Source: an uncultured Gammaproteobacteria bacterium
Lineage (GTDB): Bacteria; Patescibacteriota; Microgenomatia; Daviesbacterales; UBA10151
Length of the DNA stretch: 64,000 nt
Direction: 5' to 3'
NCBI GenBank assembly: GCA_964459095.1
Contig: CAYWKL010000001.1
Span: 21,253-85,252 of the forward strand
The notes beneath the pieces were generated by a model. The model saw only the letters and a program-made list of their open reading frames with translations. It did no database searches and was not told where the DNA came from. Below, piece by piece: positions 60,228 to 64,000 of the stretch. Made by a program: the position numbers and the translations under genes. The stretch's first letter is position 1, and every line of letters begins with the position of its first letter.

Positions 60228-61373
60228 GTGTCCAAAACAATTAAAAATCTATTAATTTTGAGTCTAACAGCAATATTTCTAACTATACTTATTTGGCTTC
60301 CGTCAATTTTGGGGTTGAAGAATTTTTATTACATGGATTTTTCGCAAGGTTTCGCGAATATTTATAGAAATTATGATGGTCTTGAATATATAGTAATTGC
60401 AAAAACATTCTATAATCCAACATTAATAGCTAATCTTGGCCAGACTCTTCCTGCAAATTATTATGCTGCCCATTTCCCAGGATATTCATTTCTAATTTTG
60501 ATCTTTGCACCAGTTTTTGGAATGTTAAAGTCTATGCTTTTTGTTTCAAGTTTATTCACGATTCTTTCAGTGTGGGCTTTTTATTTTTTGGTTAAAGACT
60601 TTAAACTCTCGTCTAATCCGCTTTTGCTCTCCATAATTTTTCTTATTCTTCCTGCAAGGTGGCTTATTGTACACTCGATTGGCTCCTCAGAACCCATATT
60701 TATTTTCTTCATAATCTTAGCACTTTATTTTTTCATGAAATTTGAAGAGATTCCAAAACAAAAGTTTATCTGGGCTGCAGCATTTTTTGGTTTAGGAGCA
60801 CAGATAACAAGACCTCCTGGGATTTTACTTTTTGCCTGTCTAGGACTTTACTTAATATGGAAATATCGGGAAAAAATCCTTACTAAAATTTGGAAGTTTT
60901 ATCCCCTTTTACTTATTTCTTTAGGATTACTGGGCGTATTTTATTGGTATTTACTTTCTTATGGTGATTTTTGGGCATATTTTAAAAGTGGAGACAATAT
61001 TCATTTATTATTTCCCCCATTCCAGGTATTTAACTCAAACCAGTTTTGGGTTGGGCAGCATTGGTTGGAAGATATAATTTTAGTTTTTATTTTAGGACTA
61101 TATGGTGGAATTTTACTTATAAAACAAAAACTTCTGCCTTTAGGATTTTTTGTATTAATTTATATTACAGCGTCCTTTTTTGTAGCTCATAGAGATATAA
61201 GTAGATACACACTCCCAGTTTTTCCATTTGTTTTAATTGCATTTGAAAAAGTTTTAGTAAGCAGAGAGTTTAGATTAGTTTTGATAATTTTAGCGCTAGC
61301 TATTTACCTTTATGTCCAAAATTTTATATTAAATAATATTGCACCAATTCCTAATTTAAAGGTTTTTGATTAA
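60228..61373 (+). CDS. Polytopic membrane protein, PIG-V/DUF2029-like GT-C candidate (paralogous motif to 17991..19151)
   Basis: 'YDGLEYIVIAKTFY' parallels 'FDGEHFISIAVNGY'. GTG start at 60228, with an in-frame TAA 12 nt upstream. Confidence 0.45.
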   Translation: MSKTIKNLLILSLTAIFLTILIWLPSILGLKNFYYMDFSQGFANIYRNYDGLEYIVIAKTFYNPTLIANLGQTLPANYYAAHFPGYSFLILIFAPVFGMLKSMLFVSSLFTILSVWAFYFLVKDFKLSSNPLLLSIIFLILPARWLIVHSIGSSEPIFIFFIILALYFFMKFEEIPKQKFIWAAAFFGLGAQITRPPGILLFACLGLYLIWKYREKILTKIWKFYPLLLISLGLLGVFYWYLLSYGDFWAYFKSGDNIHLLFPPFQVFNSNQFWVGQHWLEDIILVFILGLYGGILLIKQKLLPLGFFVLIYITASFFVAHRDISRYTLPVFPFVLIAFEKVLVSREFRLVLIILALAIYLYVQNFILNNIAPIPNLKVFD

Positions 61374-61441
61374 GAATTAAACTAATTTCCTGATCTTCTG
61401 ATACACAAAACTGCTATAGCTTAGCGTTGTATCAGACTTAG

Positions 61442-61466
61442 ATATCACACCCCGGGGGTGTGATAT
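61442..61466. repeat. Perfect inverted repeat ATATCACACCCC-G-GGGGTGTGATAT (12-bp arms) in the only sizeable intergenic gap. Candidate operator or hairpin.
   Basis: Read directly: arm 61442-61453 is the exact reverse complement of 61455-61466. There is no downstream T-run, so it is not a canonical intrinsic terminator. Confidence 0.6.
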
Positions 61467-61500
61467 TAATTGCACGATGTCGCGCATATTGATTATAGTA

Positions 61501-61528
61501 TTGACAATTGGGGTTTTATATTTATAAT
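61501..61528 (+). promoter_or_regulatory. Consensus sigma70-type promoter: TTGACA (61501-61506), 16-nt spacer, TATAAT (61523-61528). It sits 7 nt upstream of the ATG at 61536.
   Basis: Both hexamers are perfect consensus with 16-nt spacing. It would produce a leaderless or near-leaderless mRNA for the 61536 ORF. Confidence 0.4.
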
Positions 61529-61535
61529 TCTGATT

Positions 61536-62375
61536 ATGTCTAGAGGAACCCCAGAGTTTACGCCTACAAGTCACATGACAATTAAAGCAGGAGTACCTTT
61601 TAGATTACCTAATATTTATGTTCAGAGTGACATACCAAGATATCCAAGTCATGTAGAAGAATTGTCAGAAGTTACCCTACAAATTCATACTGGAATTTGG
61701 AGAGTTCTGGAAGACCATTTTGTAGCAATTCAAGATCTTCAAGGGATATCAGTTGGTAGATTGCGAAGTTTAAGAAAAGTTAATTTTGAGGGTGCTGATT
61801 TAGACAGACTAAGTAGTGGCAGAAGCGACTCGGAGGCATATATAAACCCAGTTGGGCATTTTTTCCCAAAATTCGATGTAGGGGATGGTCGAGTTCAGGT
61901 TGAGGAAAGTACTTTACCCAGACAAGTAGAATTTGCTCTGTCAGTAGATGGGCCAATACGGTTTGATTCCTTGGGATTCATGATGATTTACCGCGGGGGT
62001 GAAAGAATTGGAGCTAGAGACAGAGACGAACCTAGTTTAGTAGTAGCTCGACCAGGACTTTATTTGGACCGGGTAGACGATCCAATTGATGGAATTATAC
62101 TCCACCCTTTCTGTGCATCTGTTTGCAACGATTATGCAAAAGTGCTATTCCCTCCTGCCAAAATGCATTCTAATCAAGATTTCTTAAGGTATCCATGGTG
62201 GGTTATTTACGATGGAGCCCGACCACCTCTCGAGAATCTCTACAGAATGATTGATGAAATTGACCATCAGCAAAGACAAGAAAATGCACAAAGAATTATG
62301 GCATCTATAGAGGCAGCTGCGAGTAGCGAAACAGACAACCGAGCTCCATCCGATCTTAGCGAAACACACGACTGA
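61536..62375 (+). CDS. Hypothetical soluble protein, compositional outlier (clearly higher G+C and R/D/G/P-rich). Alternative TTG start at 61470.
   Basis: An uninterrupted roughly 900-nt ORF. Local G+C is visibly about 45% against about 30% in the flanks. No TM segment and no recognisable motif. Confidence 0.45.
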   Translation: MSRGTPEFTPTSHMTIKAGVPFRLPNIYVQSDIPRYPSHVEELSEVTLQIHTGIWRVLEDHFVAIQDLQGISVGRLRSLRKVNFEGADLDRLSSGRSDSEAYINPVGHFFPKFDVGDGRVQVEESTLPRQVEFALSVDGPIRFDSLGFMMIYRGGERIGARDRDEPSLVVARPGLYLDRVDDPIDGIILHPFCASVCNDYAKVLFPPAKMHSNQDFLRYPWWVIYDGARPPLENLYRMIDEIDHQQRQENAQRIMASIEAAASSETDNRAPSDLSETHD

Positions 62376-62385
62376 AATCCTTAAA

Positions 62386-63567
62386 CTAATCTCCTTTGTT
62401 TCTCCATGTTATAAAGTGATTAATTGTAAAATTCCAAATCATAACAGGTGGGATTGTGGCAAAGAAATACAAATTATAGTAGGCAACATTAACTCCTAAA
62501 ATATTTACTGTTCCTTCCCCATAAATTAAATCCAAAAGTTTGACTATTAAAACTCCAATAAGTAATCCTCCCAAACTAATTAAATTGAATGTTGCAAACT
62601 TAGAATAAATTGGACTTGTATTTTTTCTGTGTCTAAAGGTCCAAACGTGATTGAGGATAAAGTTATTAACAATTGCTATTTCTGTAGAAAATGCTTTAGA
62701 AGTTGCAGGAGGTGTTCCCAAATAGACTATGAAAACATTATAAAAAATAAAGTCTACTGTTGTTCCTGTTACACCAACTAATCCAAATTTTATTAAAGTT
62801 TTTGCCCTTCTTGTTAAATAAAAGATAGGAATATGTATTCCCCAAGAATTCAGCCTAATATCAAGCGAATAAGTAATAACATCGTAAATATAATTTATAA
62901 CTTTATTTTTTGAATATCCTTCTGCTCTGTTTTTAAAAACAAGCGGGATTTCTTTATACTTCTTGGTATGTAGAGTCAGCTCATGAAGCATTGCAGGTTG
63001 AATAATAAAAGTTTTTTCTTTCCAAGGAAGTTTTTGAATATCTAGCTTGTTAAAAAGTTCTGGGATAAAAGCTCTTGTGGAATTAGTAAACTCATGAACC
63101 TTAAAAGGTCCCATCAGAATTCTACAAAAAAAAGATGCTCCTGAACTAAAAAATTTTCTAGAAGGGGCTAGTAAATTTTTTCCACCTAGAACAAATCTTG
63201 AGCCAATTGCCAGATCATTTCCTTCTTCTATGGTTTTAATTAAACGCACAATTATCTCAGGATCAACTTGCTCGTCAGCATCTATCTGAATCAAAATATC
63301 AGGGTTCAAGTGTTCTAGAGCATATTGATGACCTTTCATTATGGCAACCCCTAATCCTTTTTCCACACTTAAATAATGTACATTTGGGTATTTTTTTTCT
63401 AAGTCTTTTGCAATTCTTGCTGTACCATCTAAAGAGAGGCTATCTACTATTAATATTTCAAGTTTGTGTCCAGGCAGTTTCGTTCCTTGAGATAAAACAT
63501 CTTCTACCATGCTTTTTATGTTCCCCACCTCATTAAAAGTAGGAAGAAGTACTGAGACTGTTTTCAT
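62386..63567 (-). CDS. GT2 DPM1-like polyprenyl-phosphate sugar synthase fused to a C-terminal GtrA-like 4-TM domain
   Basis: 'VSVLLPTFNEVGNIKSMVEDV…ILIVDSLSLDGT…IDADEQV'. C-terminal 'VGVTGTTVDFIFYNVFIVYLG…IVNNFILNHVWTFR' (GtrA signature N-x3-N-x2-W-T-F). Confidence 0.75.
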   Translation of the reverse strand: MKTVSVLLPTFNEVGNIKSMVEDVLSQGTKLPGHKLEILIVDSLSLDGTARIAKDLEKKYPNVHYLSVEKGLGVAIMKGHQYALEHLNPDILIQIDADEQVDPEIIVRLIKTIEEGNDLAIGSRFVLGGKNLLAPSRKFFSSGASFFCRILMGPFKVHEFTNSTRAFIPELFNKLDIQKLPWKEKTFIIQPAMLHELTLHTKKYKEIPLVFKNRAEGYSKNKVINYIYDVITYSLDIRLNSWGIHIPIFYLTRRAKTLIKFGLVGVTGTTVDFIFYNVFIVYLGTPPATSKAFSTEIAIVNNFILNHVWTFRHRKNTSPIYSKFATFNLISLGGLLIGVLIVKLLDLIYGEGTVNILGVNVAYYNLYFFATIPPVMIWNFTINHFITWRNKGD

Positions 63568-63590
63568 TTATTTAAGAGATTGTAATTTAT

Positions 63591-64000
63591 TTAGGAGAAT
63601 TTAGCGAGATCAGAATCCACCATCATTCCTATTAACTCTTTGAACTTTATTTTTGCTTCCCAACCTAGAGTTTGTTTTGCTTTTGCAGGGTTACCACACA
63701 AAGGACCAGTTTCTAAAGGTCTTATAAATCGATCCGAAACCTCTACATGATCTTGCCAATTTAAACCTGCGTGAGCAAAGGCAACCTCAACCATTTCTCT
63801 TATAGAATGAGTCTCGCCTGTTGCTATTACAAAATCATCAGGAGTCTCTTGTTGCATAATCAAATAAATTGCTTCAATGTATTCTTTTGCATACCCCCAG
63901 TCACGCTGCGCGTCCAAATTGCCCATTTCCAATTTCCAGTCTCTTGTAACAATTGGTCTTCCTGCTTCGTTTAAAGGAGGGCTTTTAACTTTGTTTGCAA
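63591..64000 (-). CDS. gmd: GDP-mannose 4,6-dehydratase, C-terminal part (the gene continues beyond the window end)
   Basis: 'GNLDAQRDWGYAKEYIEAIYLIMQQETPDDFVIATGETHSIREMVEVAF' matches the GMD C-terminal signature 'GNxDxxRDWGHAKDYVEAMWLMLQQ..PxDFVIATG'. The frame stays open upstream to position 64000. Confidence 0.8.
   Translation of the reverse strand, partial: ANKVKSPPLNEAGRPIVTRDWKLEMGNLDAQRDWGYAKEYIEAIYLIMQQETPDDFVIATGETHSIREMVEVAFAHAGLNWQDHVEVSDRFIRPLETGPLCGNPAKAKQTLGWEAKIKFKELIGMMVDSDLAKFS

Noticed and set aside
60205-60240. Longer start (60240) for the DPM1-like GT2, overlapping the divergent plus-strand gene start
   Set aside because: Divergent genes overlapping at their 5' ends is implausible. 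The Met at 60204 places 'KLSVFFPCFNEE' at the usual distance from the N-terminus of a GT2.
61399-61435. Second, weaker inverted repeat CTGATACA…(22 nt)…TGTATCAG upstream of the main palindrome
   Set aside because: Only 8-bp arms with a long loop. Easily chance in AT-rich DNA. Kept as a note only.
61377-61574. 65-aa minus-strand ORF spanning the palindrome and promoter region
   Set aside because: Short. It overlaps the intergenic palindrome and the better-supported plus-strand ORF start, and has no sequence features of a real protein.
1-64000. Looked for CRISPR arrays, tRNA/rRNA genes, transposases/integrases, and direct repeats flanking the GC-rich ORF
   Set aside because: No spaced direct-repeat arrays. 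No cloverleaf-like conserved tRNA stretches. No DDE, tyrosine- or serine-recombinase-like ORFs. No flanking direct repeats seen by eye. Absence cannot be proven without tools.

Overview
This 64 kb window is AT-rich (roughly 30% G+C by eye) and almost entirely coding. Intergenic gaps are tiny, and many stop/start junctions overlap by 1-30 nt. I see no rRNA, tRNA, CRISPR array, transposase or integrase. Nearly every gene relates to glycan biosynthesis.

- **Plus-strand operon at the 5' end (2-9401).** It resembles a nucleotide-sugar tailoring pathway: a WbpB-like Gfo/Idh/MocA oxidoreductase, a WbpD-like hexapeptide acetyltransferase, two DegT-type aminotransferases and an SDR epimerase/dehydratase. 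It ends in an unusual fusion of an acetyltransferase to a DPM1/ArnC-like GT2 polyprenyl-phosphate sugar synthase, then a 911-aa membrane protein with a discoidin-like C-terminal domain.
- **Minus-strand super-cluster (9396-60204).** About 50 kb of co-directional genes hold roughly 20 polytopic membrane proteins with GT-C-type hallmarks. Two more GT-C-like membrane proteins lie on the plus strand (6666-9401, 60228-61373). The minus-strand set includes eight clear PMT/ArnT-like (GT39/GT83) paralogs with the loop-1 DE motif (four of them tandem) and one PIG-V/DUF2029-like protein, with a second on the plus strand (60228-61373). It also includes an unclassified paralog triplet with the motif 'DDLQ…RWVPD', and an unclassified pair with the motif 'GHDGVWH'.
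- **Interleaved soluble and accessory genes.** These comprise five DPM1-like GT2 polyprenyl-P-sugar synthases (one fused to GtrA), six other GT2s, three GT4s, two Wzx-like flippases, an LPG-synthase-TM-family flippase-like protein, a SAM methyltransferase and an AlgX/AlgJ-like SGNH O-acyltransferase.
- **3' end.** There is a 12-bp-armed perfect palindrome followed by a consensus TTGACA-16-TATAAT promoter, then a GC-rich compositional-outlier ORF of unknown function. The window closes with a 5'-truncated-in-window GDP-mannose 4,6-dehydratase gene (gmd).

The most interesting signal is system-level. This is an unusually expanded battery of lipid-linked-sugar-dependent (GT-C) transferases with co-encoded donor synthases. 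It suggests an undescribed pathway for a complex extracytoplasmic glycan or for protein O-glycosylation. I see no polyprenyl-phosphate phospho-sugar transferase and no Wzy polymerase here.

All family assignments come from motifs read directly in the translations. No database search was possible.
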